A stretch of 64,000 nt of DNA, taken from positions 9,548,001 to 9,612,000 of the forward strand of contig NC_043011.1 of assembly GCF_006345805.1 (NCBI RefSeq). Direction: 5' to 3'. Source of the stretch: Octopus sinensis (lineage: Eukaryota). The position numbers and the translations under genes were made by a program. Position 1 is the first letter of the stretch; each line of letters starts with the position of its first letter. The notes under the pieces were generated by a model. The model was not told the DNA's origin. It ran no database searches and worked only from the letters and a program-made list of their open reading frames with translations. Shown piece by piece: positions 25,300-38,289 of this stretch.

Positions 25300-25348
<49 letters not shown>

Positions 25349-27929
25349 TAGATAGATAGATAGACAGACATAGATATAAAATGAAAAATAAAAATTAATA
25401 AACAGACATTCTGTTAGTTGAATAATCATATATTGGTGTGTGTATATATGTGTATGTAAGTATGTGTATGTGTGTGTATACACACACATATATATATGTA
25501 TGTATGTATACACACATACACATATTATGGAGTTGTGAAAGAAGAACATCAATAAATAAATATTAACTTACTCTTTTCATCTCAGGTTAGAATTTACATT
25601 TTGGCAGTGACTAGAAGAAGTCTTTCAGCCTCTAATATCGGTCGAACTGTATATTGACGGTACATTGGTACAACACAAACCCAATCAAATATTTCACACT
25701 ACATTTACTCCGAAAGCATAAAATTCCTCTCAGCTCTCATGAAATCAGCAAAAATCTATAAAGGAAATTCCTTCATGGTCTTCAAAAAATTTATACAGAA
25801 ATTCAGACTAAAGCAAAAATAAAGGAAAACGCTGAAATTCTAGCAGAGTATAAGGTTTCCAGAGTTGAGAATGGCAAATGAGGGGAGGGAGAGAAAAAAA
25901 AATAGAACCCCTTCCTCTTTCCACCCCGTCACAAACAAATTGGTGCCACGTTTCTTGAAGAACTCTGCTGACAAATGACCTCTTTTTTTATAGTTTCATT
26001 TTTTAAAAATAACATCTTACCATTATTGTTGTTGTTATTATTACTACTGTTTCTCACGCCAAATTTCTAAACATATTAGATTACACAATAATAATAATAA
26101 TCCTTTCTACTATAGACACAAGACCCGAAATTTGTGGGGAGGGGACTAGTCAATTACATTGACCCCAGTGTTTCACTGGTACTTAATTTATCGACCCTGA
26201 AAGGATAAAAGGCAAAGTCGACCTCAACAGAATTTGAACTCAATGTGAAGACGACAATGAAATATAGAAAGAAAATGGAAAAAAAAAATTGGATAAAACT
26301 AAAAAGGGACCATCAATTTAAGGGAAAATATTTAAACAACAGACCTTAAAGTTTAAAATAATATCTGTCTGAAACAAGAAAAGTTATTCGTTTCTTTGTT
26401 TCTCAAACAAAATTCCCTGCATAAGATATTCATCTACAGATGACTTATTCCAGAATTATCTCTTGTTGTTTAGATTCAGGTTAGATCTGGTCCAGTAGAC
26501 TTGTCATGGAGATAATGGTGTGAACTGAAGGTCATTTGGCCATTATTTCTAGGAGTTGAAACAACCATGTTGGCTTGCATAGTTGGGCTGACCAGTCAGT
26601 AGTCAGTATTATTTGATCAATGCATTGTCAGGGACTGAACAAGTCCATCTAACAGTAAATAGGTACCACAGGGTGGTGCACTATAGTTTTATATTCAGTC
26701 GGATTGCTGAGCAAGAGTCAAAAGTTTTGTCTTATCATATTGAGCTAGGTAGAGTAATGGTCCCAATATTCAGAGGCTCCTTTGGTGACCCCAAGGGGTT
26801 CTTACCACTTCATAGCATGCAGCTATACAAAGGAAAACTCTAAGTGGACACATGAACTACTAGAAATTGCAGACAAAAGAAATCGAATATCTTTGATAAT
26901 GAGTCTGCTCAATCAGGGCTGACCCAGGGTTAAACAGCTGCTATAATTGATTAACCGACACTAATTGTCATGAAAATGGAGTTGAAATAGAAGTTTAAAT
27001 AGAACCAGTGATGCAACATATTGTTTCTTGTTATCTGATATGGTGGTCACAAAAGCAGTCAGTGGGAGCACTGATACCATACACACACACATCCCAGATA
27101 CTTAACTCTTGCCAACACATTCCATCTCTATATAAATAGGTCACTCAGTAATGTTGTTACATAGACATTATGTGTTTTACAAACAAAAAAAACAGAATGG
27201 TATATTTACACCCAGTAATTAACAGCCACACTTAATTACTGCTTAATTGCTTCCCCTCTAACCTGATTAGTGTAACCAGAAGAAGTCTAAGTGTATCAAG
27301 GTTTGGAAACTCAAAGTGACCACAGTCTTCTGCCTTTGTTTGTTTGTCCATGACAGCTGGGTCAGAGGTCAGGTTTTGGAAAGATATTCTTTTCTTTGTT
27401 TTCAGCAAATTTGGATATTTCCTAATGATTGTTGCAATCATTTTTAATGAAGGATCACTTTTCTATGTACAAAATACTGGGACCTCTTCGGTAGTCATTA
27501 AAGTAGCATCTACATGGTTGTCCAAGCTGCTAGAAATACCAGCTAAATCTTTTTCAAATCACAGCCTACCACCTTTTATAAAGATGGAGAAACACACTGA
27601 AGAATGTAGTCTTACAGACACTGTGTCCAATAGATGAGCATGACTGGAAAACCTTTGGTCATAAGTCTACTTTATCAAAGCTGACCATAGGCTAAATCAC
27701 AACATCATAAGCACAACCAGAGCCATCACTCTCAGGTGAAATTCAATGTTTGGGATGCGGTCAAGTTTGGACCTCTGATCTGTCCAATCAATAGCTCTAG
27801 TCCCTCTAAATATCAATAGTTAACAGAATAAATAGGGTCCACACACACACAAAGAATGAGATGCAAAAAAGACAAGAAGCGAAAGAAGTATCAACGCAAT
27901 AAAAAGACATTTGATAAGTTGTAGATAAT

Positions 27930-28140
27930 GGTTTCAAATTTTAGCACAAGGCCAGTAATTTGGAGGGAGGGGTGAGTTGATTACATCAACCCCAGTGCAT
28001 GACTGATACTTTACTGACCTCACAAGGATGAAAGGCAAAGTTGGCCTCAGTGGAATTTGAACTCAGAACATAAAGACAGATAAAATACTGCTAAGCATTT
28101 CGCCCAGCGTGCCAAGGATTTAGCCAGCTTGCCACCTTAA
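27930..28140 (-). mobile_element. Nin/Deu-like SINE
   Basis: gcacaaggccag..ggatgaaaggcaaagttggcctcagtggaatttgaactcagaac..ccagcttgccacctt. Confidence 0.8.
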
Positions 28141-29247
28141 ATAAGTTATATGAAGTAGAACTTCATTTTAATTAATCCTTCCTCTGTCACCAACCCTCTC
28201 GATTTCCAGGGTGGATTGGCATTGTTTTTGTCATATGACTGCCAAGTGACATTTAACCAAATTCCAGCTGTTCCACACAATAACAGCAGACATTCTACAT
28301 GCTGCCTCACCCTCTCCCTCTTCTGCTGACTACAATATATTCCATCCATTTTCAGTCTTTGTGAAGATGGTTGGAATGCAAGAGTAATGGAGGGGCAAAT
28401 TGCAATGGAATATTTGTTGTATAAATTACAATAAAACATCTTGTTTCTTGAAGAAAATGTTGTTGTTTTTTAGCCCCAGGTCAGACCTGACTGAGCAGGT
28501 CTATGATCAAAAGAGTTCCAAAAGTGATCATCCTCTGTCCTCTTATCACACAGTAAAACTTATACTTCATCTTTCTGGGTGTCTTTTATATTTTTAAGGC
28601 AAAAGGATGTGATTGGAAATTTGGTTGCTATTTCTAGCAAGTTGAGCTCCACAAATAGCACTCTTCATTAGCTTATTCATGATAATGATGATAATGATGA
28701 TAGTGATGATAGTGATGATGGTGATGATGGAGATGATAATACACAGTGTTGCTGATGAATAGAAGCCATTTGGGGCTGATGCAAACAGACAGACTGACAG
28801 AATTAGCAACAGTTACAAGAAGGAAAGAGTACGGTGGTGCAATTAGAACCCTGGGGCAGGAAAGTACATTTAGTTAACATTTGATTTACAAGTAGAGCCC
28901 TTGACTATTGCAGATCTTGTTATCCGGATTGTGGATCCCCAAAACCTAGTCTTCAGTAACGAAAAAAAAGACATTGATAATGAATATCATTTTCTGATTT
29001 TGGTACAGATTGCTTTGACTTGTGAGGAGAACATTTCTGTTTCAATCAGCAGAAGTTTGGGGAAACTGTTTACTTTGGTAGATGGGACTAAGAGGGGTGC
29101 GAGGGAGATGAAGATGGACCAATGTTCTAACCTCTCCCTTCTCACTGACTTATCAGTTGGGACTACAATTCCAACAGTTGAAAGCCAGCAAATGAGATCC
29201 TACAATAACACTGACCTCATTTAATCTGCTTTTCTGGGAGAAAGAAT

Positions 29248-29471
29248 GGTATGGTGGTGGTGGTGGTGGTGGTAGTGGTGGTGGTAGCGGTGGTGGTGGT
29301 GGTGGTAGTGGTGGTGGTAGCGGTGGTGGTGGTGGTGGTAGTGGTGGTGGTAGCGGTGGTGGTGGTGGTGGTGGTGGTGGTGATGGTGGTGGTGGTGGTG
29401 ATGGTGGTGGTGGTGGTAGTGGTGGTGGTAGCGGTGGTGGTGGTGGTGGTAGTGGTGGTGGTGGTGGTGGG
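29248..29471. repeat. (GGT)n trinucleotide tract with periodic AGT/AGC/GAT interruptions
   Basis: Direct reading. Confidence 0.95.
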
Positions 29472-30014
29472 GTGTGCCGTTTCCCTTATAATTATTAATA
29501 GCATTTATCTATCAACAATGTTTAATCATAATTATATCATTCTCTGCCTTGTTTCTGTTCAAATTTTTGTCCTTTTTGGAGAGGAAAGCAGAGACAACAA
29601 TTACTTACTCTCTGGAGTCTTGAATGGACCCTAACTGAGAGTGGGGTAGTGATGGACTGTAATTGTATGTGTGTGGGGTGTTATGTAGGGGTGTAATGTT
29701 AAATACCTGTCGGTAATGTCTGAGGTGATTTTTAAAAGCCTAAACAGTTGTCAGCTGTGCCTGGCCAGTTACAAAGTGGCTGCTGTTGAATTCTTTTCTC
29801 TTGGAGTGGTTGGTGTTAGGAAGGGCATTCGGCTGTAGAAACCATACCAAATCAGATTGGAACCTGGTGCAGCTCCCCAGCTTGCCACTTTACAGTCAAA
29901 CAGTCCAACCCATGCCAGCATGGAAAACGGACACTAAGTGATGATGATGATTTCTGTGGGTTTTCACCTGATTTTAGAAGTTACCCTTTATAGCAAACAG
30001 AGTTCATACCAGAC

Positions 30015-30045
<31 letters not shown>

Positions 30046-30156
30046 ATATATATATACATACATTAATAAATTTTAGGGTAGCAAAAAATTCTAGAAAAAT
30101 TCTCTGCTACCAGCGGTCAAGTGAGAAAGAAAAAAATAGTCAATACACTATATAAT

Positions 30157-30489
30157 ATACAAACAAACATATAAGGGATGGCCATAATAGGACACCCGAC
30201 TCACTAGAAAGAGCAGCTAAACTCCAAACCACTAATAGTTGTAATTCTGAAATGGAAAGAGAAATAAAAACGTTTACCCTCTCCTTTCTGGACTATGCAT
30301 AGTTTCGGCAATCTTTTTAATTTATTTACAAAAGATTGCCGAAACTATGCATAGTCCAGAAAGGAGAGGGTAAACGTTTTTATTCTCTTTCCATTTCAGA
30401 ATTACAACTATTAGTGGTTTGGAGTTTAGCTGCTCTTTCTAGTGAGTCGGGTGTCCTATTATGGCCATCCCTTATATGTTTGTTTGTAT
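30157..30489. repeat. Near-perfect inverted repeat, arms of about 160 bp and a spacer of about 12 nt
   Basis: 30157-30317 is the reverse complement of 30330-30489, apart from one 1-nt indel (gagaaata vs tattctc). Confidence 0.95.
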
Positions 30490-30495
30490 GTATAT

Positions 30496-30546
<51 letters not shown>

Positions 30547-30548
30547 CA

Positions 30549-30579
<31 letters not shown>

Positions 30580-30580
30580 A

Positions 30581-30692
30581 ATAAACAACTTATAAACAAG
30601 GGCAAAAGAAAATTATTTCTATGCCAATATGCTGTTATCAGCGTATTGGCATAGAAATAATTTTCTTTTGCCCTTGTTTATAAGTTGTTTAT
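30581..30692. repeat. Near-perfect hairpin, 54-bp arms and a 4-nt loop (ttat)
   Basis: ataaacaacttataaacaagggc..atgccaatatgctg-ttat-cagcgtattggcat..gtttat, with one T/G mismatch. Confidence 0.95.
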
Positions 30693-30779
30693 AATTTTAA
30701 CCTTTAAAGGTATTTTAATATGCTGCCACTTTTTGAAATTTTTTCTGTAAGAAACTTCATCCTATATTAGTAGTGTAAA

Positions 30780-30823
<44 letters not shown>

Positions 30824-31768
30824 TGCTAACCTACCACCCAACTTTCCAGAAGATTTCAGAAGACAATAGTCAGAAAATAAAATTCTTGCTCTTAACACAA
30901 TGTCTTCTACAGTTACCATTTTCAGAGTAACAACACAAACATCCCTTACTGTAACCGAATCCCTGAAAGAGGGAACACAATTGACCAGATGTGAAACAAC
31001 CTGTGTGACAGTGACCAATCACAAGAGACCCTATTGGTGTGACACTGACCTTTAGGCTGTATCCATGGTAACCTGTTTAAAGTTGTACAGGGTGGCGGTG
31101 GGGGAGAAAAGTCATTAACAGGTGGAATCTCTCCCCTCCCCACACCATACAGAACTGATTGCAATCAGGTGAAGTCTAAATTCCTTCATGAAATTGCCTT
31201 CAATTTGTATATTTCTAACAATTGTTCCACTTTCGTGAATGAAGCCTATTGGTGAATCTCATAGAGCCGTAATGTTTGGTAGTCACAGTTCCTCACCATT
31301 CCATCAGGCAAACAAGAATTAGATTCTCTATCATTCCACTGGTTTCATTTTAATATTCATAAAGACAACTGTAAATAACCAACAAACATAAATGGGGGAA
31401 AAAAAATAATAATCAAAAAATAGAATTGGGTTTTTATTAAGAGAGAAACGTATGAGGCATGGGTAGACATGAATATTCAAAGATGACAGAATAAAATAAA
31501 GGTAAAATGGGAAGAGATCAATAATAAAAAAAATAACTGGTAGACAGATAAAGAAATATTGAATAAATTTGTTACTGGAAATGAAAATAATGACCAGAAT
31601 ATATGTGTGGAATAATAAATGTGAAAGAATAAGAAGAGAAATGGTAAAGTAATTGAGAGAACAATGGGTGAAGAATAACAGATGTATTGAAGAGGGTACT
31701 GTCATAAGAGATTAGGAGAATATCTTCATGAGGTTACATGTAAAAAATATAGTGGTTGCGTATGTGTG

Positions 31769-31816
<48 letters not shown>

Positions 31817-31984
31817 CGTATATTTCCAGAGAGAGTAGAAAGCAATAAGATAGATAACAAATTTTGTTTCTTTGTTAATATAACATGAATTGTGAAAAAT
31901 ATTTTTAAAAAGATCTTTAACCCTTCAATGAACATCTTTAGGTTGTTAGACATAATTCTATTGCTTCTCCTGATGCTAAAGATT

Positions 31985-32026
<42 letters not shown>

Positions 32027-35000
32027 CTGTCACTTTCGTTTTCTTTCTTTCTCTCTCTACTCTTGAAAATAAATCCGTGGAATGTTTTCTAATTCAAAGT
32101 CAAGATTCCTCTTCCATAAACTATAATATGCAATAAATGTTTGGGTTTGTATAAGTGGAATATCTGAACAGCTGCAGGCAGCAGCAGCAGCAGCGATGCC
32201 AATGAGCGATTGGTGGCAAATGGCAGAAGAGTGTTGGAGATAAGCTCCCAGCTGTAAATAAAGATAGAATCTAGAATCGGTCAGTTTCAGCAGGAATCAT
32301 ATTGGAACTAAGGCCAGGCAGTGGTAAGGGTGTCTGTTGGTGTTGCCTGAGAGGAATGAGAGAGAGAGAGAGAGAAGGAAGGGGGGGGAGGGCTTACAGA
32401 CTAATGTCTCACCTTGTTTACATTGAATCTCCACCACCCCCACTTTTGGTTGTTTTTTTTTAACATTTAGAACTGTTAACTGTTTCACTTCATACACGGT
32501 TGATGGGGGGGGGGAGCTTATTATGATTCCTCTTCTTCTTCTTCTTGCATTAAATACAAGAAATTGTCAAAAAAGAGGGAATTAGAAATAAGGTGAAAGT
32601 TATAATTGTTGGCTCCATCAATTATTGAAGTGATAAACTTGACAAAAGTAAATTGGTTGAACAATTTAATTGCCGAGTTCCAGGGAACTATTTAAAATTA
32701 TGAGAATTCTACGAAGGCACTTGGTGTTCTAGTAGAACAGGAAAAGCAGCAACAACAATCAATTCTGTGTAATTTGAAAGTTGCAGAAGAAAATTTATCA
32801 AATCAAAGATAAAAGATCTTTGATCTAAAAGTATATTTTTTCATCTAAAATTATATATTTTATCTGAAATTACACAGTAAACTGATTCATGCCATAGGCA
32901 GGGAAACCAATATTTTAGGGGGAAAGATAGGCCAATCTATTGATTGATCTAAAGGAATCCCTCTTTTCAGCAGAAATGTCCAATAAAGGCATTGTTCATG
33001 AACAATGGTGGTTTTAACCCTGATTAAGAGAGATAAAATATAATCTAATTTTCTGCTCATTTTCAACTCTTGTGACTTTGCAAAACATAACCACGTTCCA
33101 TTGTGTTACTAATTTTCTGTGACCTCCACTGCACAATAAGAACACTGCAGGGGAGGAGGAGGAGGAAGAGGAAGAGGAATCAGCTTGTATGGCATTCAAA
33201 CTTAATTAACAGCATTAATGTAATGATACTGTAAATTAAGTATTAATTATTATGATTTACTAGATTACTTTGAACATTAATTACATTTGACAGAGGGAAA
33301 CTGATTTACAGATTGGGTGTGAGGGGATGCTGTGGTGCTCATGAGTTTCCAGGAGATTTTGGCATTATTTGTTTATTAAGAGGGGAAACTCCTCACAGAA
33401 GTCCTTAATGGGTCAGTATGATGTTTTTAATTATTTGATAAATTGAGGCATTGATGTTTAAACCTTTCATATAAAAAAAAAAAGAGGAGTGGTGAAAACC
33501 ATGGAACACAAATTCCTGGTTTAACTGAAGAATTTACCAAACATTTGTCAGTGGATCTCTGCACAGGCATCCATTAAATATTTCTTCTAAACATATTTGT
33601 CTGGGAAGGTGTATGTAGTTAACAGACTGAATCAGTGTCACGACTGAAAGCAATCCTTATGGAATGTCAGGGTTGGCAGGGCTTACAGCTTGAACACATT
33701 CTGTGAATGGAAGACGCTTCCTGGGTGGAAGTGTGTGCCTTTCGGTCTTCACAATTTTCAAGTTTAATCACAAGAAAAGAGCTGGAAAAGTAAATGAACT
33801 GGCCCAGTATATAACTGGTATTTTATTTATCAGGACTCAGAATGACAAAAATTGAAGGTAACCTTAGCAGAATACGGACTGAAAACACTCAGCAAATAAC
33901 AAAGAATAAAATATTGAACGGTTTGAGTTTGGTTTCTGATCAGGAATAGAAATATCTGAATAATGTAAATTAATGAAGTAACAGTGGTTTGAATTAAGTG
34001 AATTAGTCGTTATGTAAAGTGGCAAACTAATGTATGTTAACAAAGGAATAGTTCTTATGTAAATTAACGAAATAAAGGTAAAACAAATGAACAAAGAAAG
34101 AGTTGTGTAAGTTAATGAACTAAAGTTTATGCAAATTAACGAAGGAGGTTATAATTGAAGAAATAGAATAACGAGGTTAAAAGTAAAGAAAAAGAAATCA
34201 CATGAGAATGAGAATTTATTGTTTTTATCCGAGGTCAGTTCTAATCCAGTGGACTTATGATCAAAGTTATTCCACCCACGACCATCCTGTCATTTTGGAT
34301 GATATATTCATCATCATCATTTAACATCTGTTCTCCATGCTGGACCTAAGACTATAGATGTAAACCATGCTAATCCTTCCAACCCATGCCAGCATGGCAA
34401 AGTGGATATAAAATGACAATGACAGATGACTATGCTGCTGCTATTGATGATGATGATGATGATGATGATACAATCACCTAATTCTTATCTGCCCAACATA
34501 TTCAAATACATTTTAATGTTCTGTCACATATTGTCCACACGCTTCACTGATTTTTACCTCATTTGATACATTTTGACTAAAGTGGGAACCTCTTTGTGTG
34601 TGTGTGTGTGTGTATTAAAATATACACCTGTGTATATGTGAATGCGTGTGTGTGTGTGTATGAATGTCTATGTATTTGAATATACTCTAGTTGGAGTATA
34701 TGTATATGCGTGTATGTATAGATGAGAAATCAGTTACAGAAATTTCAGTGAGAAGTCTCAATGTAGTCTTCTAGTTTTCAAGAAATAGCTGCCAAACCTT
34801 CCTCATATCACACCCTACCATCTTAGGAAAGGACAGTTTAGATAATGACCTGGGTCCTCTGCCATAGAAATGGTCATGGCTGGAATACCTTTCATAAAAA
34901 ATCTGTTTGATCCAAGCTTACCTGTGGCTAACACCACCACCACCACCACCACCACCACCACCACTACCATCCTACCATCATCAACATCATTATGAAATTA

Positions 35001-36046
35001 TTAATTAGTCTTAATTAGTGAAGCTGCAAGGTTAATAACAGAAATTAGTGGGGTAGATGTTAAGTCTGTTCCAAGTAGCTGACCGATGTTTTCTCAGCCC
35101 AAGTTTGACTCCAGCAAAATTTCAACTTGGAATATAAAAAAGATTTAAATAAATAACACAAGGTACTTGGTCTGGATATTTACCAATTCTTCCAATATAT
35201 TATGGAGGGGGGGGAGTAAAATGAATTCCATGCCATTCTCTAAACAATTCTCTGTTTAAAATGTTAAAATTTCTTTCAGACCATAAACACACCAACATTA
35301 TCCATTTATTTATTTATTTAGTAAATCATTTGTCTTTTTGTTGGTGCCATACCATAATATAACACCCTTGAAACCTTTACCCTGCAAACAGCACAAAATA
35401 TTTGCCTTTGGTGAGGGTTTTTTTTGTTTGTTTTTGTCTTTTGCCACATACAGTTTTGCAAACAAATTCCCAATTCTGCTCAACTCTGAAAGACTGACTT
35501 ATTGGTAGAGTTCACAGAAAAATTGAATCAGCAACAACACTGATTGTGTTGCACATCATGTGAGCAAAGCGCTAATGAAATAAACAGCTTAGATTTCTAT
35601 AGAGGGAGGAGGCAAGAAAAGAAAGAAAGGAAGAAAGAGTAGAATAAAGTTAGATTCTGGTTACTTTACTAGGAATTACTGGAATTTACTATTTCCATGC
35701 AGGTTATTTCTTAAAGAACATAGAATTCAGTTGGGTATTGATTTCCATCTTTTTCTACTTTCTTATATTTTCTCTTCTTCAACATTTCTCTTCTCTTTTT
35801 CCTCAATCAAAATACAGAAATAGTTTAGAAACTTTGAATAGGAAGAAGAGAAGCTCTGAATAAATCTGGTGGTAATAGTATTTGAGACGATCCCTGTTAG
35901 ATGAGGTGGGATCTGGGTAGATAAAGGGGTAGTTAGGTACGTTCATATTAACACAACCTGAAGAAAGATTTAATTTCCTATCCGCTTTCTGTGCTGGATG
36001 AATATACTCACTCAGGTCAAACATATACACACATACATAAATATAT

Positions 36047-36105
<59 letters not shown>

Positions 36106-36120
36106 TATATATATATATAT

Positions 36121-36155
<35 letters not shown>

Positions 36156-36333
36156 GTAACACTTAAGAGGCACCCAGTACATTCAGTGGAAAGGTTGGCA
36201 TTAGGAAAGGCATCCAGCCGTAGAACGTATGCCAGAACAGACAATGGAGCCTGGTGCAGTGCCTAGCTTCAACAGCTCTAGTCAAATCATCCAACCCATG
36301 CCAGTATGGAAAATGGGTGTCAAATGATGATGA
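36156..36333 (+). repeat. Meta-like SINE 3' segment, near-identical to 38317-38494
   Basis: 5 mismatches in about 178 nt between the two copies, with shared private variants. Confidence 0.85.
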
Positions 36334-36346
36334 TATATATATATAG

Positions 36347-36690
36347 TGAAGGCACATGGCTCAGTGGTTAGAGCGTCGAGCTTACGATCGTGAGGTTGTG
36401 AGCTCGAATCCCGGACCGGGCTGCGTGTTGTGTTCTTGAGCAAAACACTTTATTTCACGTTGCTCCAGTTCACTCAGCTGTAGAAATGAGTTGCGACGTC
36501 ACAGGTGCCAAGCTGTATCGACCTTTGTCTTTCCCTAGGATAACACTGGTGGCGTGGAGAGGGGAGGCTGGTACGCATGGGCGACTGCTGGTCTTCCATA
36601 AACAACCTTGCCCGGACTTGTGTCTAGGAGGGTAACTTTCTAGGTGCAATCCCATGGTCATTCATGACCGAAGGGGGTCTTTACCCTTTA
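36347..36690 (+). mobile_element. Young tRNA-derived SINE (CORE-like), CpG-rich
   Basis: ggctcagtggttagagcg..gctcgaatccc..ttcttgagcaaaacact. Confidence 0.85.
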
Positions 36691-36807
36691 TATATATATG
36701 TATATATATATGTTTATATATATATATATATACATACATATATATATATATCATCATCATCATCATCATCGTTTAGCGTCCGTTTTCCATGCTAGCATAT
36801 ATATAGA

Positions 36808-36858
<51 letters not shown>

Positions 36859-37276
36859 TCATTACCAATACAAAAATATACATACATTGCATTATACAAA
36901 TGAAGGGGGAGAGACAAAATCTGTGTCTACAGATATTGATACATAGTCATGTGTTTGTGTTGTATATGCACAGGCAGGTGTGAGTGTCAGGAGATGGATC
37001 CTCTTTGGTTTTGTCCATGAGTATTCTAGGGAGTATTCTAAATATTTGCTCAACTGAGCTCTCTGTAAACTTTAAGTGGTTGAGTATTTCATCTCTCTAC
37101 ATTCAATGTGATCTTCCATCAAAATGAGCAAGACCTATAGAGTGACAAAGCTAGGCTTCTGAATTAAAGGAAGAGTCCATTTGAGGGCCCTTTCCATATG
37201 GTTTCAGTCAACCCAAATTCATGAGTGAAAAGGAAACTTCTTAAATCACTTAGTCTCTCTCTCTCTCACACACACA

Positions 37277-37314
<38 letters not shown>

Positions 37315-37474
37315 AGCGCTTACTGTGTAGACTGGTAATTAGAACAGCTGCAGCAATATTCCCAGCTGTAGTCAGGGTTGGTGTCAAAGACATTTCATCA
37401 TAGACCATTGCCTCAAAAGCCCTCTTCAGCCCTTCTCAACATAGAATAGCGGATGAAAAAACAATGATGATTAT

Positions 37475-37529
<55 letters not shown>

Positions 37530-37752
37530 TTATTGTCAGCATTTAACAGCCATTTTACATGCCAGCTTGGGTTGGGTGGCTTGACAGGCTTCAGGGTGGC
37601 ACTGAGCTCCACTGCCAGCTTTGTCATGGTTTCGATGAGTGGATGCCCACCCTGAAACCAACCACTTTACAGTGTGCATTGGGGGCTTCCTTCATACCAC
37701 CAGCACTAGGGAGGTTGTCAAGCAGCATGCAAAACAAAAGAGCAAGGAAAAA

Positions 37753-37786
<34 letters not shown>

Positions 37787-37854
37787 GTATATACCAGTGT
37801 TTTTTTTTGTGTACATATATAGATATATATATAGGTGTATATGGAAGTGTATAT

Positions 37855-37950
37855 TACATACATACATACATACACATACATACATACATATGTACATACA
37901 TACATACATACATATGTACATACATACATACACATACATTCATACATACA

Positions 37951-37981
<31 letters not shown>

Positions 37982-38217
37982 GTACATACATACATACATT
38001 CATACATACATACATACATACATACATACATACATACATACATACATACATACATACATCATACATACATACATACATACATACATTCATACATACATAC
38101 ATACATTCATACATACATACATACATTCATACATACATACATACATTCATACATACATACATACATGCATACATACATACATGCATACATACATACATAC
38201 ATACATACATTCATACA
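37855..38217. repeat. (TACA)n tetranucleotide microsatellite
   Basis: Direct reading. Confidence 0.95.
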
Positions 38218-38289
38218 TGCTGAAGGCTGGTCTGAAGACACTGGGCCTTATGAAGAATATGACTAAAAAGTCAAGAAGACTCTTGCACC

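Noticed and set aside
24850-25590. Plus-strand donor GAG|gtaagc (about 24861) and acceptor catctcag| (25585) forming a possible intron
   Set aside because: The flanking exons are non-coding and unsupported; could be chance or an unseen antisense RNA.
35545-35580. Minus-strand ALCSHDVQ resembling the missing ALLQxHDV exon
   Set aside because: The adjacent AG gives the wrong frame, similarity ends at once, and a stop follows within a few codons.
35803-35960. Minus-strand open stretch GCVNMNVPNYPFIYPDPTSSNRDRLKYYYHQ after a ttcttcag acceptor
   Set aside because: No credible donor, phase incompatible with the L27C exon, and no homology recognised.
36347-36420. tRNA-like A and B boxes (also 25080-25150 and 15549-15615)
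   Set aside because: These are SINE heads continuing into SINE bodies; no complete cloverleaf.
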